Both the position numbers and the translations under genes were made by a program. Of a DNA stretch of 64,000 nt, positions 9,613 through 19,861 are shown in pieces (the stretch's first letter is position 1; every line of letters starts with the position of its first letter). This DNA comes from a virus, in IMG/VR virus record IMGVR_UViG_3300048837_000549, positions 13,112 through 77,111 of that record; one strand, written 5' to 3'. Under the pieces are notes generated by a model that had not been told where the DNA came from, made no database searches, and saw only the letters and a list, made by a program, of their open reading frames with translations.

Positions 9613-10772
9613 TATATGTAATCGGAGATTCACACGCTTTAAGATTTAAAGATAAAATGTTTGTAACTAAGGAAATAGTTTATGCTACGGCTCATAATTT
9701 AATCGAGGAGAATTCTACATCAAAAGGAAGAGAAAAAACTTTAGAATATTTAGAAACAATAGATAAAAAAGAAAAGATTCTATTTGCTTTTGGGGAAATA
9801 GATTGTAGAAGTCATATTATAAAAAAACATCCTGACGAACCTTTCAAGGGGGTGGTTGAGACAGTAGATAGATATTTTCAATTTATTTTAGAAGTATGGA
9901 AAAAAGGTTGGAAAAACTTGGTTATATTCGCCCCTATCGCTTCAACTCCTTGGACATTTGATTCAGGGGAATTTCCTACTATAGGATCGGTACGAGATAG
10001 GAATTATGTGACTTATATGTTTGGCAAATATTTAGAAGATAAATGTAATAAACATAATTTAATGTTTGTTTCTATCTATGAGGATTTGATTAAATTACCT
10101 TTTATTCCTAATCCCGAATGCTATCAAGATGATCATATCCATATTAAACCAGAAGTACAAGTTGAATTCTTTAAAAATAAATATAGAGAAAAACATATAC
10201 CTTTTAAATATGGTGGTAGAAATAGAAAAGTTTCTTTTAATAAAGTTCTTAATCATTTAGATAATATTGAAAATCCTATTATGGTGGAAATTGGTCAAAC
10301 TAGAAATTATTATAACTGGAATGGTGACGGTTATTCAACTCCTTTATTCTCATGGTATATAAGTCAAAGGCCCGACGGACAATTTTACTCGATTGATATT
10401 TCTGATAATTCAAAAATATATGAAGGTATATTTGGAATATGGGGTATAAGAAAAGATAGAATAAATATATTACAACAAGATGGAATTAAATTTTTACAAG
10501 AATTTGAAAACAAAATTGACTTTCTTTATCTTGACGCATGGGATTATCATAAGACTAATATAGAAATGCAAACTATTTCAGAAACAATGCATTTGGAAGC
10601 CTTTAAAATTGCTGAGCTAAAATTAAATGAAAATGCTTTAATTTTGATAGATGATATTCTAGATCAAGAAACTCTTATAGGTAAAGGTAAACTACTAATA
10701 CCCTATATGATAGATAATGGGTATGAACTTATACATAAAGGTTATCAGTTTCTATTTAAAAAAATAAAATAA
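9609..10772 (+). CDS. SGNH/GDSL hydrolase-like domain fused to class I SAM methyltransferase
   Basis: IGDSHA, GEIDCR and DHIH (SGNH); VEIG...IDFLYLDAWD...LIDD (methyltransferase); ATG 9609 overlaps the upstream stop. Confidence 0.7.
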   Translation: MIYVIGDSHALRFKDKMFVTKEIVYATAHNLIEENSTSKGREKTLEYLETIDKKEKILFAFGEIDCRSHIIKKHPDEPFKGVVETVDRYFQFILEVWKKGWKNLVIFAPIASTPWTFDSGEFPTIGSVRDRNYVTYMFGKYLEDKCNKHNLMFVSIYEDLIKLPFIPNPECYQDDHIHIKPEVQVEFFKNKYREKHIPFKYGGRNRKVSFNKVLNHLDNIENPIMVEIGQTRNYYNWNGDGYSTPLFSWYISQRPDGQFYSIDISDNSKIYEGIFGIWGIRKDRINILQQDGIKFLQEFENKIDFLYLDAWDYHKTNIEMQTISETMHLEAFKIAELKLNENALILIDDILDQETLIGKGKLLIPYMIDNGYELIHKGYQFLFKKIK

Positions 10773-10782
10773 GGAGATTGCT

Positions 10783-11043
10783 ATGAAACAATCAGATTCA
10801 ATTAAAATATTTGATAAGTTAAATAAAGTAATTAATGGCTCGAAAAGTATAGTAGAAAACATCAATAATAGTTCTTCAATAAATCATGAGAAAGCTATTA
10901 AAGCTTCTATGCTCAATTCTATTCTTATTGCCGAAGCTTTGAAAGATATACTGAGAGATATAGTTGTTTTGGATAAAAATCCAAACTCTAAAATGGATTT
11001 ACCTGAGGGATTTGAGGAATTATTCGGGGGATTTAGAAAATGA
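10783..11043 (+). CDS. hypothetical protein
   Basis: AGGAG SD; overlaps the next start. Confidence 0.55.
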   Translation: MKQSDSIKIFDKLNKVINGSKSIVENINNSSSINHEKAIKASMLNSILIAEALKDILRDIVVLDKNPNSKMDLPEGFEELFGGFRK

Positions 11044-11771
11044 GTAAAACATACGTAACAATGACAGCTATTCAAAATAGATTTATGAATTTTGAACAAA
11101 CTATTCCCCTACTCGCTGATAACGCTGACAAAGTATTTATAAAAATTTGTGGTACACTTGAGTACCCAAAAATACTAGATTCATATAGTAATATAGAAGT
11201 GGAAGTATCTGAGGATAGACTTGGATCGGAGGAAAAATTTCATGGATTCAAAAAAGTAAAAGAAGATGGGTATGTTTTTACTTGCGATGACGACATCCTG
11301 TACACCTCCACATATTTTAAAATTATGAAACAAGCCATAGATAGATATGATAAACAATGTGGAGTATCTCTTCATGCAGGGTTTATAGATTTTAAAGTGA
11401 TTCAAGCCAATTATTACAAACATCGCAGAATGTTCTCAATGTATCATCCCCTAGATAAAGATGTTCAAGTTAATGCTATCTTCTCTGTTACAGCAGCATA
11501 TCATACTTCTACATTTAAAATAACACCTGAAGATTGTCCTATACATCAAATGGATGACGCTTATGCTACGGTAGAACTTTCTAAAAGAGATTTAAAAATA
11601 ATATCTCCCGCAAGACCTGAAGGTATGATTAAACAATTACAAGTAGGTGGATACGCCATTCATGCCAATAAAGGAGGCTCTGGCGGACACCCCGTGGAAA
11701 GCATAGATAAGTTGTTTAATGATAACAAAGAAATGTTAATAGCTTATCAAGAAAGACATACAGGAATTTAA
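11040..11771 (+). CDS. glycosyltransferase, GT-A fold
   Basis: YVFTCDDDILY DxD motif; MDD motif downstream. Confidence 0.75.
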   Translation: MSKTYVTMTAIQNRFMNFEQTIPLLADNADKVFIKICGTLEYPKILDSYSNIEVEVSEDRLGSEEKFHGFKKVKEDGYVFTCDDDILYTSTYFKIMKQAIDRYDKQCGVSLHAGFIDFKVIQANYYKHRRMFSMYHPLDKDVQVNAIFSVTAAYHTSTFKITPEDCPIHQMDDAYATVELSKRDLKIISPARPEGMIKQLQVGGYAIHANKGGSGGHPVESIDKLFNDNKEMLIAYQERHTGI

Positions 11772-11773
11772 AT

Positions 11774-12439
11774 ATGAGAATACTTTACACAAGTTTATTT
11801 CCAAGACTTCCTTATAAACAACATGAACAAGAGAATTTAGAATTTTTTATGGATTCAGTCAAATATCATAATTATAATAATTTTAAATATATAATAGCTT
11901 CTGCTCATTCATTTATGTTAAAAAATTCTTATGATTATTTTTTAGATACTGATTTTACATATAATGAAAAAATGAATGAAGAAAGAGGGCATGAAATATC
12001 TTTTTCAAAACAAAAATTATTTCAATTATCAAATGAAATAATGAAAGAGCAAGAAATAGATTACCTTTTCTATATAGATTCTGACATGATGATAGATAGT
12101 AAAGATGTAGTTGAGTTATGTAAAGCTCTAGAATATAAAGAAAATACTTTTGTAAATATACCTTATGTTCTTAGAGATCTTAAAAAAGTATCTAATTCTA
12201 GTTTTGGTTGTTATATTATACCCTTTAAAATTTTAAAAGAAAATCCTGATTTATATGAAGTAATATATAGAACTAAAATAGTGGATGATCAGATATGTAG
12301 AATAGGGGCTCCAGATTGTAATATAAGGGAAGAACTTATACGAAGAGGTTATAAAGAGTTAAATGCTCATAATATAAATACTAGACATTATATAGACAAT
12401 GAAAATTTTCTTGAATACGATAATGGAGTAATAAAATAA
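11774..12439 (+). CDS. putative glycosyltransferase, GT-A fold
   Basis: DYLFYIDSDMM DxD; FGCYII; context. Confidence 0.6.
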   Translation: MRILYTSLFPRLPYKQHEQENLEFFMDSVKYHNYNNFKYIIASAHSFMLKNSYDYFLDTDFTYNEKMNEERGHEISFSKQKLFQLSNEIMKEQEIDYLFYIDSDMMIDSKDVVELCKALEYKENTFVNIPYVLRDLKKVSNSSFGCYIIPFKILKENPDLYEVIYRTKIVDDQICRIGAPDCNIREELIRRGYKELNAHNINTRHYIDNENFLEYDNGVIK

Positions 12440-12455
12440 TTTTAAAATTTAATTT

Positions 12456-12464
12456 TACTAATAA
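12456..12464 (+). promoter_or_regulatory. putative late promoter TACTAATAA
   Basis: Recurrent motif upstream of a virion gene. Confidence 0.6.
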
Positions 12465-12528
12465 ATAAATAAGTGGTATTCGGGAATTATATATTCCTTA
12501 AAATTTAGTACCATAGAGGTAAATTAGC

Positions 12529-12804
12529 ATGGAAAAAACATGGAGAAAGAGTTCAGTACACATTACTGATACTGCCGTTACCGCAGATGCTTCTGCAAAC
12601 CAAAAAGATATTGTAGTATCTACAAACACCCCAACAGATGACTTCGTTTATAATATTAACATTAAACGAGCAAGAGTAGATGTAACTAACAATGCAATTC
12701 ACTTTTATAACCCTAATTCAGGTACAGTTGTTATAAGAGATAACAGTACTGATTACGTTATTACTGCTGGAGATGTTATTACAATTTCTGGAACATATCT
12801 ATAA
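12529..12804 (+). CDS. small virion protein
   Basis: Thr/Val-rich beta-type sequence; late motif upstream. Confidence 0.45.
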   Translation: MEKTWRKSSVHITDTAVTADASANQKDIVVSTNTPTDDFVYNINIKRARVDVTNNAIHFYNPNSGTVVIRDNSTDYVITAGDVITISGTYL

Positions 12805-12824
12805 TTGTTATAGTTATTAACTGC

Positions 12825-12862
12825 TAAGAGCCTATGTAGAAATACATAGGTTCTTTAATTTT
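12825..12862 (+). terminator. intrinsic terminator
   Basis: AAGAGCCTATGTA-GAAA-TACATAGGTTCTT then T-rich. Confidence 0.7.
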
Positions 12863-12873
12863 AATTTACTTTT

Positions 12874-12882
12874 TACTAATAA
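12874..12882 (+). promoter_or_regulatory. putative late promoter TACTAATAA
   Basis: Directly after the terminator, before 12921. Confidence 0.6.
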
Positions 12883-12920
12883 TTAAAATAGGAAACAATT
12901 CTTAAATGAGGAATATATAA

Positions 12921-13301
12921 ATGAAAAATAAAACTTTTACAATAAGTAAGGCACAGCTAGATACAAATGCCAATGTGATAATAGATACTTGTCTTGATAT
13001 TAACGATGTTAGCCCGTCTGGGGCTACTGAATCTAGAAGATATTACCCAAGAAAAATAAATTTTCTTAATACTTCTGGTGTTGCAGTAAAAGCTAATATA
13101 TTTAGTTCAGATGCTGAAATAGCTACATATACTGCAGATCCAACTAATTATGATTTTTTTACAATTCTATCAGGTACAAGCTTAATACTAACTTCTTCAG
13201 TACTTCTCCCAACTGCTTATAAAATATATGTCATACTACCTACGGGGGTAGCAACATCCGGAATGTCAATCGAATGTATTGGCTATCAACCTTATAGATA
13301 A
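12921..13301 (+). CDS. virion protein, paralog of 21605..21985
   Basis: Both 126 aa; MKNKTFTI / MINKRFEI and RRYYP / RYLYP align. Confidence 0.5.
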   Translation: MKNKTFTISKAQLDTNANVIIDTCLDINDVSPSGATESRRYYPRKINFLNTSGVAVKANIFSSDAEIATYTADPTNYDFFTILSGTSLILTSSVLLPTAYKIYVILPTGVATSGMSIECIGYQPYR

Positions 13302-13914
13302 AAATGAGGCACAAATGGAAAATTTAAAAATTATTTCAGATACAGGTAATGAAAGCCAATTTCAATTTACTCAAATATTTGACGAACAATTTATACAAAT
13401 AGGAAAAACTATTCAGGAATATTATGATTATTTTGTAAATAAAATAGATAATGAATTCACTGCTACAGAAGAGAATTTTTTAGAATATAAAAATAATATT
13501 GATACACAAATAGAAGCTAACTATTCAAAAATAATCGAAATTCTTTTACATAAAGAGAAAGAATTCAATTCCATTATTAAAGATATAATGATAGTAAGCA
13601 ATGACCAAATAACAGATATTGAAAAAATAATAAATTCTAAATTTAATTATATAGATAGTGATTTAAAAGATATACATTTTAATTATGATAATTTAAAAAT
13701 AAGTATAAATAGCTCTTTGGATAAACTTGGACAACTTGTAGAGTCAAATACTGAAAGTATAAATAATCTTAAGTTATTTAATTCTGTTATGGAAGCTGAA
13801 AACAATAAGTTAAAAAAAGAGTTAGAAATTATAAAAATTAATAATTTCAATATAAATAAAAGAAAAAGAAATATATTTCAACGGAGCATAATCAAATTAT
13901 TGGGGTTATATTAA
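13279..13914 (+). CDS. coiled-coil hypothetical protein
   Basis: Heptad-like, Asn/Ile-rich; start uncertain. Confidence 0.5.
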   Translation: MAINLIDKNEAQMENLKIISDTGNESQFQFTQIFDEQFIQIGKTIQEYYDYFVNKIDNEFTATEENFLEYKNNIDTQIEANYSKIIEILLHKEKEFNSIIKDIMIVSNDQITDIEKIINSKFNYIDSDLKDIHFNYDNLKISINSSLDKLGQLVESNTESINNLKLFNSVMEAENNKLKKELEIIKINNFNINKRKRNIFQRSIIKLLGLY

Positions 13915-15567
13915 ATGGGAACAAAGATTACTAAATTATCTACAGGGGGCTCAGGTGGTGCCGTCGAAGTTTATGATGAGGGGGTTTTAGTTACTTCTGT
14001 TGCGTCTAAACTTAATTTTGTTGGGGCAGATATTGAAGCTAGACAAACAGGTGAATTTACAAATATATATAGTCCGGTTCCGACTTTTAGTTCTCATTTC
14101 AATACTTATGATGGGTTAACTAATGGTAACGTTCCCGATATAAGCACAACTTTAAGATATATATCAGCCCCTACATCTGAAGGGACTCCATTTAAAATAG
14201 GTGATTGGGTAGCGGGTACTTCAAAAAGTTGTACAACTTCAACAGTATTAAGTTACACTACCCTGCAAAAAATTTCTATACTAAATAATACAGCAACAAC
14301 ATTAGAAGCTATACTATACGATGCAGATGGAACTACTCCGTTGGCAACCCATCAAATTACTTTAACAGGAAACACTGATGTTACTTCTGATAATATTCAG
14401 ATTGTAGTAACAAGTTTTATTGTTGAGGGAATAAAATACTCTGCTATACTTCAGGTTAAATTTAATATATCTACTATACTTCCTGACGGAGGGAGATTCT
14501 CAATAAAGATAACACATAATAATGGAGCTGACGGGATATTTACTAAAACACAAAATAATTTATTTTTCGATTCTAATAACAATAATGCCACTGTGACTGT
14601 ACCAACTATTACCGAAGTTACTCCTTTTACTACAGCTTGTTCTGGAGTATATTATTATAGAGATGGTTCAGTTTTTAATGTATCTATTTCGGATATTGAT
14701 TATGTTAACGACAAGTCGTATCCTTTAAATCAAGTAGAAATTCTTGGAACTGAGTATGGGCTTCCTCAATTACTTATACCAGGAGCTTCCCTAACAAGCT
14801 GGTCAAATATTTGGAATAATATTAACGCGTCTTATACAAAAGCAGATTGGACATTAAATGTAGCAAATTACTATAACGTGAGTACAACAGCAAAGATACA
14901 AGCAAGAGCGAAAGATTGGGTTGACCAAGTGTTACAAGATTCTTCAGTTGCTTCTATATGTGTTATGAATTATACTGATAATAGAACAGGTATATTTGAA
15001 GATTTTAGAAATGAAGGATTTAGAGTAACTTCTGCTCTTGCTTCATGGGACAGTTTTCAAAATCTAAGCGCTTATGACGGAAATGATGGCTTGATGATTC
15101 AAGGGTCGAGATTGATATATCCATCAGGTGATTATACAACATATAGTCCTAATACTGTGAGTCAACCTGATTATTCAACTGAAACGGGGGATAGAACTTT
15201 ATACACTAAGTTTTATCATTTAAGCACATCTCATTCAAATGGCATAATTGCTTTTGGAGATCATAATATCTTAGAAGCAAATATATTATCTCAAGATATT
15301 AAAATAGAATTAAGTCTTGACGGAATTGATTGGTATAATGTTTGTTCTGATTATATAGGAGGAGCGCTCGCTAATGGTTCGGGTTGCCGTGTTGAATCAG
15401 ATGCTTATTCAATAACAATAAATAATTCTCTAAAATTTACTCTCGGAACCGGGAAATCTACAACTGTTTCTACTGGTTCAGGTTGGGGAGTATGGGTTAG
15501 ATTAACTTATACTTCTACTATGACAACAAAATATATAGGTAGTATTAACTTTAGTGATTGGGTATAA
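13915..15567 (+). CDS. virion structural protein (fiber/baseplate-associated)
   Basis: Thr/Ser/Gly-rich beta protein within the structural run. Confidence 0.55.
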   Translation: MGTKITKLSTGGSGGAVEVYDEGVLVTSVASKLNFVGADIEARQTGEFTNIYSPVPTFSSHFNTYDGLTNGNVPDISTTLRYISAPTSEGTPFKIGDWVAGTSKSCTTSTVLSYTTLQKISILNNTATTLEAILYDADGTTPLATHQITLTGNTDVTSDNIQIVVTSFIVEGIKYSAILQVKFNISTILPDGGRFSIKITHNNGADGIFTKTQNNLFFDSNNNNATVTVPTITEVTPFTTACSGVYYYRDGSVFNVSISDIDYVNDKSYPLNQVEILGTEYGLPQLLIPGASLTSWSNIWNNINASYTKADWTLNVANYYNVSTTAKIQARAKDWVDQVLQDSSVASICVMNYTDNRTGIFEDFRNEGFRVTSALASWDSFQNLSAYDGNDGLMIQGSRLIYPSGDYTTYSPNTVSQPDYSTETGDRTLYTKFYHLSTSHSNGIIAFGDHNILEANILSQDIKIELSLDGIDWYNVCSDYIGGALANGSGCRVESDAYSITINNSLKFTLGTGKSTTVSTGSGWGVWVRLTYTSTMTTKYIGSINFSDWV

Positions 15568-15573
15568 AATAAT

Positions 15574-16536
15574 ATGGCACAACCAAATTCAACTTTACAA
15601 TTAAAATCCTCATTTTTTCATGGACTCTCCAAAACTCTTACAGAAGAAGCTCAAGCAGTATATGAATCTCTATACAAAAGTGGGCATAATGTAGGATTAA
15701 AAGGAGTTTGGGGAGAAACTGTTTCCTATTGTGTTGATGAGACTACTGCTGACGCATTTGTTACTGCCAATCCTTTAGTAGTTAAAAAATATACCCAGCA
15801 AGCATTAACCGAAGTTCCTGGAAGTAATGGACAAGCTTGGTATGTAGAAGATACCGGCGTATTTATGAAATATATGATAGATCCATCAGATATACCTGAA
15901 TCAAGTACAAGTGCCCCCTCTTATGGGTTTCAACAAAAACTCTACACTCAGGCAGGTGTATTTATACCTCCGACATCAGGGGCATTTTACTATGATCCTT
16001 TTTCTGGTATAGTTCACTTTGATAAAAATTATACACCCACTACTATGGGATGGGGTACACCAAAATTAACAGCATATTATTATATAGGCAAAGACTTACA
16101 AGGAGTCCTACAAACATTAGGTGCTTTATCTTATAAAGGTACATGGGACGCTTCAACAAATACCCCACCTATTCCGGCAGCGCAAGCAGCAAATAATGGA
16201 TGGTACTATGTTGTATCTACTGATGGGAGTACTTTAATCGATGGTGTAAATACATGGTTAAAAAATGACTGGATACTATCTAATGGCACTAACTGGCAGA
16301 GACTTATACAAAATAGCTCAGGAACTCTCGACACTTTTACAATAACTGAAGGAGTAGATGATTATACTCTTTCAGGAACTCCTACTATTCCCACAAAGTC
16401 AGATGTTTATCTTGATGGTATAAGACTACAGTATGGAATAGAGTATACTATTACTTTAACACAACTATCTTTAATTCCTTCTGCTATAGGGTATAATCCA
16501 GAAACAGGGGCAAAACTAATAATTAAGTGGAGTTAA
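15574..16536 (+). CDS. virion structural/fiber protein
   Basis: YKGTWDASTNTP...GWYYVVS..G fiber-type motif; VYLDGIRL...EY Ig-like end. Confidence 0.6.
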   Translation: MAQPNSTLQLKSSFFHGLSKTLTEEAQAVYESLYKSGHNVGLKGVWGETVSYCVDETTADAFVTANPLVVKKYTQQALTEVPGSNGQAWYVEDTGVFMKYMIDPSDIPESSTSAPSYGFQQKLYTQAGVFIPPTSGAFYYDPFSGIVHFDKNYTPTTMGWGTPKLTAYYYIGKDLQGVLQTLGALSYKGTWDASTNTPPIPAAQAANNGWYYVVSTDGSTLIDGVNTWLKNDWILSNGTNWQRLIQNSSGTLDTFTITEGVDDYTLSGTPTIPTKSDVYLDGIRLQYGIEYTITLTQLSLIPSAIGYNPETGAKLIIKWS

Positions 16537-16552
16537 AAAATAAAATATTTTT

Positions 16553-16561
16553 TACTAATAA
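16553..16561 (+). promoter_or_regulatory. putative late promoter TACTAATAA
   Basis: Upstream of 16591. Confidence 0.6.
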
Positions 16562-16590
16562 ATAATAGTTCCACATGAGGTTATCTTTTA

Positions 16591-19140
16591 ATGTTAGATA
16601 TAAAAGCTATAAAGAATAATATATCAGTTTTAAATAGTACTGGGGCAACAATAAACGCATTTACTTTGATAAATGTTTATAATGATGCGGGAACTTTAAA
16701 AATGCAACCAGCTAATGCTATTTTATCGTCAGGTACTGTTTATCCTGCTACACATATTTTATTAGAAACAGCATTAACAACTGAAAGTAAATTATGTACA
16801 AATTTTCAAAAATTAGATAGTGTTTCTGGTCTTTCAGGATTAACCCCCGGTGATTTATATTTAGGCTCTCTCGGACAAATAACAAGCACTATACCTGATG
16901 GTGATTATGATATAAAACAAAAAATAGGGTTTGCAAAAGATGCCACAAATGCATTAATATCTATATTAGATAATGGTATAATAAATAAAACCTTAGTGAA
17001 TCCATTTTTATTTAAAGGTGCTATAAATTTAAATTCTGATTTTCCAACACCAACAGAAGTAAGAAATGGTTGGGTTTATATTGTACAAACTAATGTTACC
17101 GATAATGACCCAACTAAAACTAATACCGGTCAATCGTTCCTTAGTGGAGATGAAATAGTTTGGGAAGGTTCTACATGGATAGAATTAGGTTCTACAACCT
17201 TGTGGACAAGAACAGGAACTACTTTATCTCCAGCAACTTTAAACGATAACATAGACATCGGAACAGGTATTATAACTTTAGCAGAGTCAGATTATAATAT
17301 AACATTACCTAACCCTGGTTATGCGGAAGGAAAAGTTTTTTACGATAACACTAAACATGCTCTTTCATATTTCAATGATGAGCCTGATATAACTGTAAAC
17401 TTGGGGCAAGAAGTTTTAATAAGAGTTAAAAATGAAACCGGATCAACTATACCAAATGGAGCCGTAGTATATCCTTCGGGGTTTTCGGGAGGAGATGTTT
17501 TAATTGATTTAGCAATAGCTTCTGATAAAGAAAAATGTAGGTTAATCGGAGTAGTAACACATGAAATTCTATCTGGTGACACTGGGTATGTTACAAAACT
17601 TGGAGAAGTAGCAGATGTCGATACTGATTCATTTACAAGTGGTGATGTTGTTTATCTTTCCCCGTCAGTAGCAGGAGGATTAACAAAAACTCGCCCTACT
17701 GGTGCTAATTATATAACAAGAATTGGGGCAGTAAAAATAAAATCAGCGACAGTGGGTTCAATTGTTGTTGATATTTCTACAAGTGAACAAACCGTAGAGT
17801 CAACTCAGGATGTTGGATTCAGTAGAACAGATGATTGTACTATATCAGTCTCAGATAGTGCTACAGGTGCGACACTTACACTCACTCCAGTTGGAGCAGA
17901 TTATTGCTTCTATCAATATGGGGATAAGTATTGTAAAACTACAGACTCAATTGCTTTACCCGATGAAGAAGGGTTATTTGCTATTTACTATAATTTGGGT
18001 ACTTTGGCTTATATCAAGAATCCTACTAACTCGCAAATAGAAATTGTTATCAAAAATAATCCAGTAGTAGCTTATGTATATTGGAACGCAACTGATAATA
18101 AATCAGAATATATCGGTTATGAATTACATGGGATAAATATGAGTTCTGTTACTCATGTTTATTTACACTTTGCTTTCGGTGCAAGATATATGTCAGGGCT
18201 TGCACCTAATACGATAGTAGCAGATGGTTCTGGAAACAGTAATGCTTCAGCACAATTCGGAGTCGATAGTGGTGCTATAGCAGATGAAGATTTATACCTT
18301 GCTTTTCCGGGAATATTGTCAACTACTGGATTAACAATTGCTTATTTATCAGGCACTTCTGCAAATCCAACTTTAAGAACTACAACAAATGCTGGGTTCT
18401 CTGTACTTACAACTGGAACAGGGAGACTTGCCTATAATACGATCTCAGCAGGGAACTATGTTTTAGCTGAAGTAACAAATAAAGACTTTGGATTATGTCA
18501 TGTTATAGCAATAAATGAAAATAATGTGTCGAAAAGAGTAATAGCATTTGTGGGTCAAAACTTATATCCGGATATAGGCGCAGCAAGGGCAGGGGCACAA
18601 GTTGAAATCGCCACACTTAGAACAGTAGGAATACTCCCTCAAGAATCAAAAGCAATAGCCTCTTTTGTATTTGAGACACAAAACGCATACACAAACGCTG
18701 TAAAGTCAAGAATACGAACAATATCTACTGGTGTAAATTATGTAGATTGGCGGACAACTTATTTTAACGGCTCTGGATCTGGGGCTTCAAGCGGAGTAGG
18801 TTCAACTATATTTGATGATTCTCTTTTTAAGATAATCGATAATGTAGATGCAACAAAAGCAGTTCAGTTTGAAGTTGGCGGAGTTACTACTGGAACTACA
18901 AGAGTTGTCGCAATTCCAGATGCTAACAGTACAACGATAACAGACGAAGAACAAACAATAATGGGTAGAAAATATTTTACCCCTGATATAGATAGTACAA
19001 CAGCCTATCAATTTTTTAAAGCGGACGGTGTAACGCCATTGCTAACAGTGGACAGTACAAACGAATTGTTATTAGATAAAGATGACAAAGAGTTAATAAA
19101 TAAAAATAGAGCGATAGCATACGCAATAGCTTTAGGATAA
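16591..19140 (+). CDS. tail fiber-like virion protein
   Basis: 849 aa, mosaic of beta domains (GDVVYLSPSVAGGLT; AIAYAIALG end). Confidence 0.6.
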   Translation: MLDIKAIKNNISVLNSTGATINAFTLINVYNDAGTLKMQPANAILSSGTVYPATHILLETALTTESKLCTNFQKLDSVSGLSGLTPGDLYLGSLGQITSTIPDGDYDIKQKIGFAKDATNALISILDNGIINKTLVNPFLFKGAINLNSDFPTPTEVRNGWVYIVQTNVTDNDPTKTNTGQSFLSGDEIVWEGSTWIELGSTTLWTRTGTTLSPATLNDNIDIGTGIITLAESDYNITLPNPGYAEGKVFYDNTKHALSYFNDEPDITVNLGQEVLIRVKNETGSTIPNGAVVYPSGFSGGDVLIDLAIASDKEKCRLIGVVTHEILSGDTGYVTKLGEVADVDTDSFTSGDVVYLSPSVAGGLTKTRPTGANYITRIGAVKIKSATVGSIVVDISTSEQTVESTQDVGFSRTDDCTISVSDSATGATLTLTPVGADYCFYQYGDKYCKTTDSIALPDEEGLFAIYYNLGTLAYIKNPTNSQIEIVIKNNPVVAYVYWNATDNKSEYIGYELHGINMSSVTHVYLHFAFGARYMSGLAPNTIVADGSGNSNASAQFGVDSGAIADEDLYLAFPGILSTTGLTIAYLSGTSANPTLRTTTNAGFSVLTTGTGRLAYNTISAGNYVLAEVTNKDFGLCHVIAINENNVSKRVIAFVGQNLYPDIGAARAGAQVEIATLRTVGILPQESKAIASFVFETQNAYTNAVKSRIRTISTGVNYVDWRTTYFNGSGSGASSGVGSTIFDDSLFKIIDNVDATKAVQFEVGGVTTGTTRVVAIPDANSTTITDEEQTIMGRKYFTPDIDSTTAYQFFKADGVTPLLTVDSTNELLLDKDDKELINKNRAIAYAIALG

Positions 19141-19155
19141 GAGAGGAAATAAATA

Positions 19156-19464
19156 ATGGCAATAAATAATGTAGTAGTAGGTAATACAGCAACAAGCATT
19201 TTAACTGCAACGGCAGATAGTGCGGTGGTAAGTATAGTGTTTTATAATGACCACACATCAACGGTTAATTTAACATTATACGCTTATCCATCGGGGGGAA
19301 GTGCTGGAGCTGGTAGTACTATAATGACAGTAGATATACCGACAAAGGATAGTTTTATCTGGTCAAGTGATGAGAAATTTATAATCGAAACTGATGATGT
19401 GATTAGTGCGGTTGCTGATGTTGACGCGGTATTGACAGCTACAATATCATATTTGGCGGTGTAA
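19156..19464 (+). CDS. small virion/fiber-associated protein
   Basis: Beta-rich; GAGG SD; typical partner of ...AIALG-ending fibers. Confidence 0.5.
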   Translation: MAINNVVVGNTATSILTATADSAVVSIVFYNDHTSTVNLTLYAYPSGGSAGAGSTIMTVDIPTKDSFIWSSDEKFIIETDDVISAVADVDAVLTATISYLAV

Positions 19465-19466
19465 TT

Positions 19467-19856
19467 ATGGCTGGATTAGTTAATAGAAGCGGATACATTA
19501 CAGACATAAATATAAGCGGTAATTTATCAGTTGCGGGTTTTTCCAAAGTTGGAGACGCTGCTCCGAAGATTAAGTGTAAAAAGCTAACAGGAACGACATC
19601 AAGTACTGAGGGTGGGGCATCAGGAGTATTGCACGGATTAACACAAAGTAAAATTATTAGTTTTACTGTTATAATACAATTTGACAGTACAACAATTATG
19701 CCGCTAAATTATAATCCCGGCACTGGCGGAAATCAAGGATTTGAGGCTCATGCTTATTTGAGTACGGGAAATACCGTAACCGTGGTAAACCATGCAACAA
19801 ATAGCGAAAACATATTAAGCAAGCCATATATCGTTACGATATGGTATGAGGAGTAA
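19467..19856 (+). CDS. fiber-related protein
   Basis: Fiber-tip-like beta domain (HGL...KIIS). Confidence 0.45.
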   Translation: MAGLVNRSGYITDINISGNLSVAGFSKVGDAAPKIKCKKLTGTTSSTEGGASGVLHGLTQSKIISFTVIIQFDSTTIMPLNYNPGTGGNQGFEAHAYLSTGNTVTVVNHATNSENILSKPYIVTIWYEE

Positions 19857-19861
19857 ACAAT

